A stretch of 64,000 nt of DNA, from NCBI GenBank assembly GCA_963575745.1, contig CAUYUJ010000181.1:124001-188000 (forward strand), in the 5' to 3' direction. Position 1 is the first letter of the stretch. Each line of letters starts with the position of its first letter. Position numbers and translations under genes: made by a program. Below the pieces are notes generated by a model. That model was not told where the DNA came from and ran no database searches. It saw only the letters and a list, made by a program, of their open reading frames with translations. This document shows positions 23,148-35,396 of the stretch, one piece after another. The stretch is from Prorocentrum cordatum (lineage: Eukaryota).

Positions 23148-25710
23148 AGGTTCTTACACCTTCCTTAGTGGGCTTGCAGGCAGGCCCTGACGCTTCGTCA
23201 CCGCTTGACGCAGTACCCACTTGCTCACACTCTTCAAGAGAGGACGCGATGCACCGTGCCTCTTCGCTCCGTACCGCAGGCCGAGCCGAACCGCCCGGGC
23301 GACGGACTGGCGCCGCCGCCAGACGACGGCAACGTGGCCTTGAGAAACAGCCAGAACGGCGTCTGGCCAGGACGGGCCGGCGCCGCTGCCGTCGGGCCCG
23401 CGCTGACTGGACGCACCTGATCCATGGCATCGAAGAGGCCTTCGCGCTGCTGGCGCGCTGGACAGCCACACTGACTGAAAACGAAGCGTGCGGTGCAAAT
23501 CCCTGCTCTCGTTAAGCCGACTGACGGTGAGTGAGGCTATCCCTTAGACGCCCCGAGGAGGCACAGGCATCGGGAGGAGGAGGAAGAGGGAGGAGGAGGA
23601 GGAGGAGGAAGAGGGAGGAGGAAAAGGTAGAGGAGGAAAAGGTAGAGGAGGAAAAGGTAGAGGAGGAAAAGGTAGAGGAGGAAAAGGTAGAGGAGGAGGA
23701 GGAGGAGGAGGAGGAGGAGGAGGAGAATGGGAGGAGGAGGAGGAGGAGAGGAGGTTGGCATGCCATTTGGGGGGACGTCATCCCCACCGCAGCAACGGCC
23801 AGGCTAGGGTGCCGCTCGGGCCCGTAAAGCCTTGTTGGCTCAGTCGGCTTCGAAGTTAAAGTCGCTGCTGCCATCTGACTCGATCACGCTGCGCCGCCCC
23901 ATCTGGTACGGGGGGAGGAGGAGGAGGAGGAGGAGGAGGAGGAGGAGGAGGAGGAGGAGGAGGAGGAGGAGGCGGAGGAGGAGGAGGAGGAGGAGCAGGA
24001 GGAGGACGTTCACCGCTCCCACGGAGCGCGCCGATCCTTGCTAAGCCTGCCTGCGCCTGATCCAGAGCGCTCCTGCATCGCCCTTCCCGCGCGCATCTGG
24101 CGAAACTCGACCGACGGAACAATCGTTGCGCGGCTTCGCCTGTGCGAGGGCGGCGCGCGGCGAGCCACGCAGCCTCCACGAGCAAAACGCCCACGCCTCA
24201 ATGGGCACCGTCTCTGATCTCATCTGATTTCATGCAAGTCCTGCAGCAAACCCGGTGTCCGTGACACCTCGCAGCCAAGGATGCGAGCTGACAGCCGCGA
24301 AGCCCCGGGCAGCCACTGTGTCCGCTCAGGGGCCTCGCGACGAAGGGCGAGAGATGAACCGGTCGCCGAAGCACCCGGCACTCGAGAACGCAGTGGCCCA
24401 CTCTGTCCTCTCTGCCGGGGCAGCCGAGCACATGCGGCGCACGCCGCACCTCTCTCCGGCGTGCGATCCGGCTCCCAGTCCGGGGTGAGCATCGCAGCGG
24501 GGGCCCACGACCTGGGCGCCTCGGCCTGGGAGCGCTCGGAGGCCTTCCCGCCTGCGCTCTCCGAGGGCCTCCACGCCGACATGCTCGAGGAGGCGTCGAC
24601 GCGTCTAGCAGCGCGGGCGCTCGACGGAGTCCGACGGCAGAGACTGCACCGGCTGTGGCCGTTTTCACCGTCCACGATGCCCGTCCTGCTGCAAGTGCGG
24701 GGGCCGTGGTCCGCGACGCCTCCCACGCGTGAAAGGCTCGCTTTATCTGGCTCGTCGGGGTTGCCGGTGTCGCGGGAAATCTCCAGAGGCGTCCAGCAGC
24801 GTAGCCGCGATCGCAGGGGACTCCCACCTCGGCGGTGCCAGTGATGAGGAGCCCTAGCGTGCGCTCTCGGGCAAGGCGTGGCATCCCCTCCGCGTGGGCG
24901 CTGTCTCGAGCGCGGTCCGAGCCAACGCCGCCACGTTCGGTGCGAGCAGCCCTCGAAGCCGAGGCCCTCCCCGGCGGCGCGGCGGCGAGGCTGCAGCCGA
25001 CCCCCGTGGCACAAGCGCGGCCCTCGGCGCGCGGAGGAGGAGGAGGAGGAGGAGGAGGAGGAGGAGGAGGAGGTGGAGGAGGAGGAGGAGGAGGAGGAGG
25101 AGGAGGAGGAGGAGGAGGAGGAGAAGCTGCGACCTGTAGCTCGGGGCGGACCGCACGCGCTCCTGGCACGGGCGCCATTCCTCGGCTGCCGCCGGGGAGG
25201 GCCGCGCGACCACGGCTGCCCCTTTTTGCTTCCGCTTCCCTTCTGGCTCCTGCCAGCTCGCCTCCCCAGCCAGCCCCGGCCCCAAGAGCAGGAGGGGGAG
25301 GGGGGGAGGGAGGCGGGGTGAGGAGGAGAGGGAGGGAGAGAGGGAAGGGAGGGAGGAGAAGGAGGGGAGGGAGGAGAAGGAAGGGGGGGAGGGAGGGAGC
25401 GAGGGAGAGGGGAGAGAAACCTCAGGCGAAACGCCAGGCCCGCTCATCCGACACAGATGGGAGTGCGAGAGGGGAGAGATAGCTGTAAGGTAAAAGGGTA
25501 AAAGGGGGAGGATCAAATAATGGAAGAAGGGGGGAAGGAGGATGATGATGATGATGAGGAGGAGGGAGGAGGAGGAGGAGGAGGAGGAGGAGGAGGGGGA
25601 GGAGAGGAGAGAGGAGGAGGAGGAGGAGGAGGAGAGGAGAGGAGGAGGAGGAGGAGGAGGGGAGGAGGAGGAGGAGGAGGAGGAGGAGGAGGAGGAGGAG
25701 GAGGAGGAGG

Positions 25711-27859
25711 TTTTTTTTGTGCTCCCCCGAAGTGCGCCGAGCGTGCCAGCTGAGGAGGGAGGCGCGGGCTGGGGCGGAGGGGGCGGGGCGCCGCGCGCCC
25801 GATCAGCACGCCTGCGCCCCCGTCTGCCTGCTCCACGCTCTGCCTCGCCGAGCGGCGCCATCTGGGCATCCAGCTCGGCCTGGGAGCGCGTGTCGTAGTC
25901 CATCTCGTCGACCACGAGCACGAAGAGGTGCTGCCACCTCGCTGTCGCCAGGCGCTCCGTGACGCCCCTTCCCAGCGCCTCGTTCAAGCAACTTCTCGGA
26001 GAGGCGTTCCCGCCCGAGGAGCCAGGCCTTGTCGAACGCGAGCGGGACCCCCGCGACGAGGTCACCTTCCCAGGCGCGCGCAACGAGCTGCCGCGCGCGC
26101 CACGGAGCTCTTGACCGGATCCGGGGCGCCGCGCAGTCCATCGCGCTCCAAACATTCTCGAAGCTGGCCGTCAGGTCGGCCCCCACAGGACGCAGGATAG
26201 CACCGCCAGCATGTCGTGGGCCCTTGGGCTCGCCCAGCTCGCTGGCGGCTCTCTCCGCCGCCAGCCCCTCGGCGAGCCCGCGCTGCTCGGAGGGCCCCGC
26301 GGGGGCCTCCAGCTTCACTTCCTGCACGCCCTCCGGCCCCATGGAGGTCCTCGGCGAACTTCTCCGCGGAGAGCTTAGGGCCGCCGCCGTCCTGATCCTC
26401 CACCTCCTCGGTAATCGCGCCGAGCTTGGGCGGCACGTCGGGCACCTCCACGGGGTGCACCAAGCCGCAGTGCTCCCCGCGCGGCTGCTGCATGCGTTGC
26501 GCCAGCAACGCGCGCAGCGAGTGGCGCATCTCCTCCCGCCGCTCGACCTCCTGCTCGAGCTCCTGGCATAGCCCGGTTCGCTCAGCGAGCCGCGCCTTCC
26601 AGTGGGCGCTCTCGTCCTTCAGATCCTCGATCTCCTGCTTGAGCGCCTTCGACTGCTGCAGCTCCTGCATGAAGATCGACTCCTGCCGGCACCTCGGCGG
26701 CCGCAGATCCACGCTCTGAGGCTCGTTGGCGCCCTCGCTGTCCTCGAGCATCTCCTCCAGCACGAGGCAGCGCCCCACATACTCGTCCAAGTTCCTTTCC
26801 AGGTCAAGAACGACTCCAGAGTGCTTCTCCAGCTGCCGCTGCAGCTGAACGAACTCCATCCGATCGGTCTGCACGGCAGTGTTGCGGGTCGCGGCAGGCC
26901 CCTCTGAGCGCCCGTCCGTGTTACTCTCGGCAGGGCATGGCACCCCCGCCGATTCGAACTGAGCGTCCATGTTGGCCCCGCTGGTGCTGTTGCAGCTGCC
27001 AGGGGCGTCCTGAAGGGCCGCGTCGCCGCCGCCATTCAACTGATGCGACGACGCTGGAACTGCTGGCTTGCCTGTTGGCCCAAGGCCCCATAGGCTCCCC
27101 TGCATTCCCAGCGCCATGTATGGGGCTGCCGCCGTAGGCCTGCACGACACCCAGCGCGTGCAGCAGCGCCTCCGCGTCGGCGCCTGGTCGCACACGGTGT
27201 GCAGCCGCCCCAGGCACGAAAGGCGACGCCGCCACGTTCCAGATCTGATGGTGGGACTGCGCGCCAGCCAGCTGCGCGGCCTGCGCGGCCCTCGCAGGCG
27301 CCACCGTCTCCGCCACGGAGATCTCCACGAGGCAGACACTCCGCGGGCGCCGCGCCTCTGGCGGCGGCTTTCTCTGGGCCCCGGCCGCGCGGGCGCGGCA
27401 GGCGGGGCCCTCGCTGAGCCTGCCGCCAGGCTGCCAACGGCGCTCCCACGGGGGGAGCGTGCTTGGCGTGGCACCCGACGTTGCGCCTGAGCACGTCCTC
27501 AGGCAGCACCTCGCGCTCATCTTCCTGCGCCTCCAGCGCCGAAGCTACCAGCGCTAACTGCTCCAGCGTGCGCAGCTTCCCCGCCTGCTTCTGCACCAGC
27601 CGCTCGCGCGAGTAGGCCGCCCACTGCTGAGCAGTCCTCCGAGCGCCGTGCGATCTCCAGCAAGCACCGATGGCCGACCGCCCAGCGGTCTGGCCCCCCG
27701 TCGCCATCTGCATGCCAACGCCCCGCACCGCCGAGGGTCGTGTGGCAACTGGGGCCCATGCGCCACGGCGGCAGGCTCTCGCCCGCCGCTAGCGGCCGCA
27801 CGCCTTGAACCAGCGGCTATGGGCGCCACGCACATGGCGTAAACCAAAATAGTTACGGA
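25711..27859 (-). pseudogene. Full-length processed pseudogene of a coiled-coil protein (two relict SLs, frameshifted CDS, poly(A) remnant)
   Basis: SL relics at 27859-27839 and 27822-27804. Protein-like frames (RERLVQKQAGKLRTLEQL; MEFVQLQRQLEKHSGVVLDLERNLDEY...QELEQEVERREE; TASFENVWSAM; ARWQHLFVLVVDEMDYD) are joined by frameshifts. A8 is at 25718-25711 and (GAG)n lies on both flanks. Confidence 0.8.
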
Positions 27860-28599
27860 GGAGGAGGAGGAGGAGGAGGAGGAGGAGGAGGAGGAGGAGG
27901 AGGAGGAGAAAGGAGGAGGAGGAGGAGAGGAGGGTGAGGGGGGAGGAGGTGGAGGAGGAGAGGGAGGAGGAGGAGGGAGGAGGAGGGAGGAGGGAGGAGG
28001 GAGCAGGAGGGAGGAGGGACGGCGGAGTCTCCTCGCCGAACCCGATCTCCTCCTTCGTGTAGGACTGCCTGCCCTCACGGACGCCCCTGCGCGCGAGGCC
28101 GCGCGGGGCGCCCCCCCCCCCCCCCCGCGCGCGGCAGTCCGCTGGCCCCTCGCCGTGCCGCCGAGCGGAGGCTGGGCGACGCGCCGCGGCTGCCGCCGCG
28201 GCCGGCCGCCTCCTCGCCCTCGCCCTGCGCCTTCGCCCTCCGCCCTCGCCCTCCGCCTCCAAGTCCTCCTCCTTGGCCTCGCCCTCGCCCTCCATTCCTT
28301 TTCCTTATTAATACGGCGAGGGCATTGGATAAGGAGCCAATGGATAAGGAATCCAGGGTCTCGAAGCCAGTGGAACTCGAATCGTGGATCGGCCATGGAT
28401 ATCACCGCCGCCCTTGCTAGATAAGGAAGCCCCCAGGGTCTGAAGCCTCCTGGGCACATTCCTTAACCAACGCCCCCAGCGTAGCTTCTCCCTGTCGCGC
28501 CCCGAGGCCAGTGTTTAGGGCGTGCCGGGCGTTTCGCCTGAGGCTTCCTCACCGTGACCCTGAAGCTGTAAACGTTGGCAACAGCTGCACAGATGGAAG

Positions 28600-29005
28600 G
28601 CGGGTGGTTTTCAAACTGTGGCTCTCGCTTCAGCGCTGCGCACATTCGTCTTTAAAACTTCGCAAGGGTTTCACGGATTGAGGGCGACTGGTTTTCAAAA
28701 TGTGCCTCTCGCTGTAGCGCCGCTCATATTCATTTTAAAGAGTTGCAGAGAGTTTCGCGGATTCAGGGAGGTTCTTTTACAAAAGTTGGTTCTCGCCCAA
28801 GCGCCGCGCACATTCGTTTTAAGCATTTGCAGGAGCTTCACGGATTGTGGGCGAAATGTGGCTCTCGCCTTGGCGCCGCGTGCATTCGTTGTAAAATGTG
28901 CAAGAGCTTCACGGATTGAGGGCAATGCCTTTTCAAAATGTCGCTCTCGCCTTAGCGCCGCGCACATTGGTTCATACAAATTTCAAGAGTCTCACGGATT
29001 CCCAT
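28600..29005. repeat. Degenerate ~70-86-bp tandem repeat (about 5 units)
   Basis: Recurring GCTCTCGCCTTAGCGCCGCGCACATTCG...TTCACGGATT. Confidence 0.8.
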
Positions 29006-30179
29006 GATCAGCGTACCCGAAATGGCGTTTAGGAAATATTCTGGATTATGCGGGCGCAACAATTGCGTTGGTTCGTGGTGTTGACGTTTCAGGACTGACA
29101 TGGCGTTCTGGCACGATTTAGCCTCGTCAAGACGCAGCAATCAGGATGATCCGTGGCGTCGGAATCCCGAGAACAATGTTTTGGCATGCTTCAGGATTTT
29201 CAAACGGTTGTCTTCCGACAAGGCAATTCCCAAAGTGGAGCGGTACCGTTGTAGGAGCCTATGCAGAGGGATATTGGAGGGAGGGTAGATTCGGGTAGAT
29301 TCCAACATCGTTGATGACTCTTGGGTTTCGACTGGTCCTCCTCCTCCTCCTACACCTCCTCCTCCTCCTCCCCTTGCTCCTCTTCCTCCTCCTCCCCCTC
29401 CTCCTCCTCCTCCTCCTCCTCCTCCTGCTCCTCCTCCTCCTCCTCCTCCTCCTCCTCCTCTCTCCTCCTCCTCCTCCTCCTCCTCTTGCTCCACTTCCTC
29501 CTCCTCCTCCTCCTCCTCCTCCTGCTCCTCCTCCTCGCCCTCTCCCTCGCCCTCGTCCTCGCCCTTCTCCTCCTCCTCCTGCTCGTCCTTGCCCCCCTCC
29601 TCTCTCTCCTCCTGCTCCTCTTCCTCGCCCTCCTAGCCCCTCGCCCTCCGCGCTGCGCCCGGCGGGCCGCGCAGGGGAGGGGCCGGGGGGGAGCTCAGCA
29701 GACCCCTCTGTCGCGACCCCGGGGGGAGGCCGCCCGGCAGGGGCGTCGGGGCGGGTGCCGCCCAGGGCTGGAAGCGAAGAAGGGCGCGGCCCTGCCGCGC
29801 TCCAGTGCGGGGGCGGTGTGCCTCCCTTCCCAGAGGGAGGGCGATCGGGGGGGGGGGGGGGGGCTCTGGCTCGAGGGACACGGGGGAGCATAGCAGGGGG
29901 GGGGGGGAGTACGTCAGGCTCGAGGCTCGAGGTTCTCGGACGTGCTCGGCGGCCCTCCGCGACACCGCGTTTCGCCTGGGCGGGGTGGGCCATCACGCAC
30001 CCTCTCGGCCATGAGCGGGAGATTGGGGAATCGATGCGCTCCCTCCCTGAGCCTATCCCCCCCTGACGCTGACCCGGACCTCCCCCCACTCCTCACGAGC
30101 GGTGAATAGATCCTTGCCATGGGACTCCCGTGGGGGGCCCTCTTGTCGCTTTGGGAGCAAAAAGCTGCGAGTTCGGCGA

Positions 30180-31066
30180 GAGTCATTAGAATCCTTGTGT
30201 AAACGCTCTCAATAGGAATCTGATTGTAGAGGCTTCCAATCAGAATCCTCTTGTATATGCTCTCAATAGGAATCCTTTAGTTTCCAATGCAAAGCCGACT
30301 GCAACGCGTGTCATTAGAACCTTTTGGTAAACGCTCTCAATAGGAATCCTAGTGTAGAGGCTTCCAATCAGAACCCTCTTGTACAGGCTCTCAATAGGAA
30401 TCCTTGTGTATTAGTTTCCAAGAGGAAGCCGATTGCAACGGGTGCCGTTAGAATCCTGTTGTAAACGCTTTCAATAAGAATCCTATCGTAGAGGCTTCCA
30501 ATCAGAATCCTCTCGTATCGGCTCCCAATAGGAATCCTTTTGTATTACTTTCCAATAGGAAACCCTTTGCAACGGGTGTCATTCGAATCCTTCTTTAAAC
30601 GCTTTCACTAGGAATCCTATTGCAGAGGCTTCCAATCATAATCCTCTTGTATATGCTCTCAATCGGAATCCTTTTGTATTTCTTTCCAATAGGAAACCGA
30701 TTGCAACGGGTGTCCTTCGAATCCTTATGTTAAACGCTCTCAATAGGAATCCTATTGTAGAGACTTCCAATCATAATTCTCTAGCATATGCTCTCAATAG
30801 GAATCCGTTTGTATTAAATGTCAATGGGACGCCGATTGTAACGGGTGTCATTAGCATCCTTTCGTAAACGCTCTCAATCGGAACCCTCGCGTAAAGGCTT
30901 CCAATCAGAATCCTCTTGTATATGCTCTCAATAGGAATCCTTTTGCATTAGTTTCCAATCGGAAACCCTTTGCAACGGGTGTCGTTAGAATCCTTTTGAG
31001 AACGCTCTCAAAAGGAATCCGATTGTAGAGGCTTCCAATCAGAATCCTCTTGTATATGCTCTCAAA
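30180..31066. repeat. AT-rich satellite, ~133-bp unit built from ~40-bp subunits (6-7 copies)
   Basis: Recurring CTCTCAATAGGAATCC / GAGGCTTCCAATCAGAATCC / TTGCAACGGGTGTC. Confidence 0.92.
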
Positions 31067-31333
31067 GGAACGCCATAACTTTAGGAACGCCGGGAGAAAA
31101 AAAAAACAACAACAAAAACAACGAAACTGAAGTGCTGGAGGCTGAAACTTTGGAAAAACCATGGTGAAACAAAAACCAAAAACAAAAAAGATTCCAGGGA
31201 AGACCCGTCCGCCCCAAAGGGGAGGTTACATGGGCGGGCTGGTGTCACTGGAATCTTTTTTGTTGGTTGTTCCAAAATTTCAGCCCCCAGCACTTCAATT
31301 TTTCTCAGGGTTTTCCTAAAATTATGGCGTTCC
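31067..31333. mobile_element. MITE with long imperfect TIRs
   Basis: GGAACGCCATAACTTTAGGAA...TGAAGTGCTGGAGGCTGAAA is inverted to TTTCAGCCCCCAGCACTTCA...TTCCTAAAATTATGGCGTTCC. Related arm pieces are at ~33510-33548 and ~34998-35032. Confidence 0.75.
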
Positions 31334-31524
31334 GCTGGACGGGGGGGGGGGGAGGAGGAGGATGAGGTGGTCCCTTCGGACGGGTCTTTCCTGGTGTTTT
31401 TACCTAACAGCTTGTTCTGATAGGTTTCTAGTGGTGTCAAAAGAGAGCAGCAGATGACTCCACAGGGGGGTCTGGGCGGGTGCCGGACAGGGTGCCGCAG
31501 AAGTCGTTTTAAGCCAACAGTCAC

Positions 31525-31871
31525 ACACTTCGTGCTCTTCGACCTCCCAGAACTCCATTCCCGGGCCACATTCTGAATGCCCGGAGCCAACTGTAGGCCA
31601 CTTCGTGCTCTTCGACTTCCCAGAACTCCATTCCCGGGCCACATTTTGAATGCCCGGAGCCAACTGTAGGCCACTTCGTGGTCTTCGAGTTCCCAGAACT
31701 CCATTCCTGGGCATGATTTTGAATGCCCGGAGCCAACTGTAGGCCACTTCGTGGTGTTCGAGTTCCCAGAACTCCATCCCTGGGCATGATTTTGAATGCC
31801 CCGAGCCAACTGTAGGCCATTTCGTGTTCTTCGAGTTCCCAGAACTCCATTCCCGGGCCACACTTTGAATG
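31525..31871. repeat. 73-bp tandem repeat (~4.7 copies)
   Basis: CCCAGAACTCC recurs at 31546, 31619, 31692, 31765 and 31838. Confidence 0.92.
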
Positions 31872-33297
31872 CTGAGGCAGGCTGATGCTGAGGCTGAGGC
31901 AGGCTGAGGCTGAGGCAGGCTGAGGCTGAGGCCGAGGCTGAAGGCAGACTGAGGCTGAGGCTGAAGCAGGCTGAGGCTGAGGCTGAGGCTGAGGCAGGCT
32001 GAGGCTGAGGCTGAGGCTGAGGCAGGCTGAGGCTGAGGCAGGCTGAGGCTGAGGCCGAGGCTGAAGGCTGAGCACTGAGGCTGAGGCAGGCTGAGGCTGA
32101 GGCCGAGGCTGAGGCAGACTGAGGCTGAGGCTGAAGCAGGCTGAGGCTGAGGCTGAGGCAGGCTGAGGCTGAGGCTGAGGCAGGCTGATGCTGAGAGGCT
32201 GAGGCTGAGGCTGAGGCTGATGCAGGCTGAGGCTGAGGCAGGCTGAGGCTGAGGCCGAGGCTGAAGGCAGACTGAGGCTGAGGCTGAAGCAGGCTGAGGC
32301 TGAGGCTGAGGCTGAGGCTGAGGCTGAGGCAGGCTGAGGCTGAGGCTGAGGCAGGCTGATGCTGAGGCAGGCTGAGGCTGAGGCTGATGCAGGCTGAGGC
32401 TGAGGCAGGCTGAGGCTGAGGCCGAGGCTGAAGGCTGACTGAGGCTGAGGCTGAAGGCAGGCTGAGGCTGAGGCTGAGGCTGAGGCAGGCTGAGGCTGAG
32501 GCTGAGGCTGAGGCTGAGGCTGAGGCTGAGGCAGGCTGAGGCTGAGGCTGAGGCTGCAGGCTGAGGCTGAGGCTGAGGCTGAGGCAGGCTGATGCTGAGG
32601 CTGAGGCAGGCTGAGGCTGAGGCTGCAGGCTGAGCAGGCTGAAGGCTGAGGCTGAAGGCAGATGAGGCTGAGGCCTGAGGCTGAGGTCAGGCTGAGGCTG
32701 AGCTGAGGCTGAGGCTGATGAGGCTGAGGCAGGCTGAGGCTGAGCAGAGGCTGAGGCTGAGGCAGGCTGAGGCTGAGGCCGAGGCTGCAGGCAAACTCAG
32801 GCTGAGGCTGAAGCAGGCTAGGCTGAGGCTGAGGCTGAGGCTGAGGCCGAGCTGAGGCTGGCTGATGCTGTGGCTGAGGCTGATGCAGCTGAGGCTGAGG
32901 CAGGCTGAGGCTGAGGCTGAGGCCGAGGCTGAAGGCAGACTGAGGCTGAGGCTGAGGCTGAGGCAGGCTGAGGCTGAGGCAGGCTGAGGCTGAGGCTGAG
33001 GCAGGCTGATGCTGAGGCAGGCTGAGGCTGAGGCTGAGGCTGATGCAGGCTGAGGCTGAGGCAGGCTGAGGCTGAGGCCGAGGCTGAAGGCAGACTGATG
33101 TTGAGGCTGAAGCAGGCTGAGGGCGAGGCTGAGGCAGGCTGAGGCTGATGCAGGCTGAGGGTGAGGCTGAGGCAGGCTGAGGCCGAGGCTGAAGGCAGAC
33201 TGATGTTGAGGCTGAAGCAGGCTGAGGGCGAGGCTGAAGCAGGCTGAGGCTGAGGCAGGCTGAGGCTGAGGCTGAGGCAGGCTGAGGCTGAGGCTGT
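31872..33297. repeat. (GGCTGA)n hexamer satellite with GGCA interruptions
   Basis: A ~1.4-kb continuous array. Confidence 0.95.
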
Positions 33298-33548
33298 GAG
33301 TGCGACTGCTGTTGCCACTGCGACTGCCATCGCGAATGCGACCACGACTGCGAGAACAGCAGAATTCTACAACAGGATTCTTATCTGAATCTTAAGGGGA
33401 ATGCTTCCAGATATGCTCCTACACATCGCTGTTAGGTTGCTTTGCCGGGATAATTTGTTTGTTCCTTCGGACGGGTCTTTCCTGGTGTTTTTTTTTTGTT
33501 TTGCAGCAATTTTTCAAAGGTTTCAGCTTCCTGCACTTCAGTTCTTTT

Positions 33549-34981
33549 CCCCAACCATCCTGTGGTGTTGGGTCCTCGTTTTGAAGAGACGGTGGCCCGC
33601 GTCTCCTCTCCTCCTCTCCTCCTCCTCCTCTCCTCCTCCTCCTCCCCTCTCCTCCCTGCGTTTCACCCACCCAGTACAACGTTTCGTGGCCCCATAGGGA
33701 GCTCCACCGAAGGCTCCAGTGGCAGCGTTCGCATGGCGGCTTCGGGCCATTTCGGCACACCCCTCACGAGGATCGTGGCACCATAGGGAACTCCACCGAA
33801 GGCTCCAGTGGCTGCGTTCGCATGGCGGCCTCGGGCCATTTCGGCACACCCAGTACGGCGTTTCGTGGCCCCACAGGGGGGTCCACCGAAGGCTCCAGTG
33901 GCTGCGTTCGCATGGTGGCCTCGGGCCATTTCGGCACACCCCTCACGAGGATCGTGGCCCCGTAGGGAGCTCCACCGAAGGCTCCAGTGGTTGCGTTCGC
34001 ATGGTAGCCTCGGGCCATTTCGGCACACCCCTCACAAGGATCGTGGCCCCATAGGGAGCTCCACCGAAGGCTCCAGTGGCTGCGTTCGCATGGCGGCCTC
34101 GGGCCATTTCGGCACACCCCTCGCGAGGATCGTGGCCCCATAAGGAGCTTCACCGAAGGCTCCAATGGCTGCGTTCGCATGGTGGCCTCGGGCCATTTCG
34201 GCGCACCCCTCGCGAGGATCGCGGCCCCATAGGGAGCTCCACCGAAGGCTCCAGTGGCTGCGTTCGCATGGTGGCCTCGGGCCTCGGCACACCCAGTACA
34301 ACACTTCGTGGCCCCAGAGGGAGCTCCACCGAAGGCTCCAGCGGCTGCGTTCGCATGGCGGCCTCGGGCCATGTCGGCGCACCCCTCACGAGGATCGTGG
34401 CCCCATAGGGAGCTTCACCGAAGGCCCAATTCGCAGCGTTCGCATGGCGGCCTCGGGCCATTTCGGCACACCCCTCACGAGGATCGTGGCCTCCACCGAA
34501 GGCGCCAGTGGCAGGGTTCGTATGGCGGCCTCGGGCCATTTCGGCACACCCCTCACGAAGATCGTGGCCCCATACGGAGCTCCACCGAAGGCGCCAGTGG
34601 CAGGGTTCGCATGGCGGCGCGGGCCATTTCGGTACACCCCTCACGAGGATCGTAGCCCCATAGGAGCTCCACCGAAGGCTCCAGTGGCTGCGTTCGCATG
34701 GCGGCCTCGGGCCATTTCGGCACACCCCTCACGAGGATCGTGGCCCCATAGGAGCTCCACCGAAGGCCCCAGTGGCAGCCTCCCTCATGGCCCTTAGAGC
34801 CCTCTCCTGCTTCTGCTCCTCGGTCAGGGGGGCGCCGTCCTCGTCGTCGTCGGCGCCCGCGAAGACGGCCACGAACGTGTCCCTGAGCATGTCGGGCTCC
34901 GGCGGGAAGTTGTGGCCACATCGGGAGCGCTGACGAAGATGTTATTCACAATTGCGGTAGTCACAACTGCGTATGGTTGGG
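33549..34981. mobile_element. Satellite-bearing element, copy A (89-bp units, ~33660-34780)
   Basis: Ends are CCCAACCATCCTGTGGTGTTGGGTCCTCG and CTGCGTATGGTTGGG. The unit core is GTGGCCCCATAGGGAGCTCCACCGAAGGC..GGCTGCGTTCGCATG. Confidence 0.7.
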
Positions 34982-35396
34982 TCTTTCGCCAAGCTAATTT
35001 TTCTCAGGGTTTCCCTAAAGTAATGGCTTTCCCTAGGCAAGGGGGAGGGGGGGGAGGAGGAGGAGGAGGGGGAACGGGGGGTGGGGGGTGAGGACGAGCA
35101 ATAGAAGAATGATGAGAGGATGAGAGGATGAAAGGATGAAGGGGGGGAGGAGGAGGAGGAAGAGGAAGAGGAAGAACGGCTTTGAATTGGCCCAAAGAGG
35201 GCCCCCCACGGGAGTCCCATGCCATATCCTTATCCGCGCCCTCGCGGTCTGGATTCTGAGACGCGGTCCAGCGGATACGCGGTCGCGCGGATACGCGGTC
35301 GCGCGGGGCATCCGCGAACAAAAAACGCCCCGCATCCGAGGTGTCGCGGCCCTGAAGGCTGGTCCGCGAGGCCGCGGGTGGTACGGATATTTTTGT

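Noticed and set aside
23822..23843. Plus-strand SL-like sequence CCGTAAAGCCTTGTTGGCTCAG
   Set aside because: It needs several indels, no ORF follows, and it overlaps a possible minus-strand terminal exon (GRRSVIESDGSSDFNFEAD*).
31872..33297. Telomere-like array
   Set aside because: GGCTGA does not match the TTTAGGG-type telomere repeat of dinoflagellates, and the array is interstitial.
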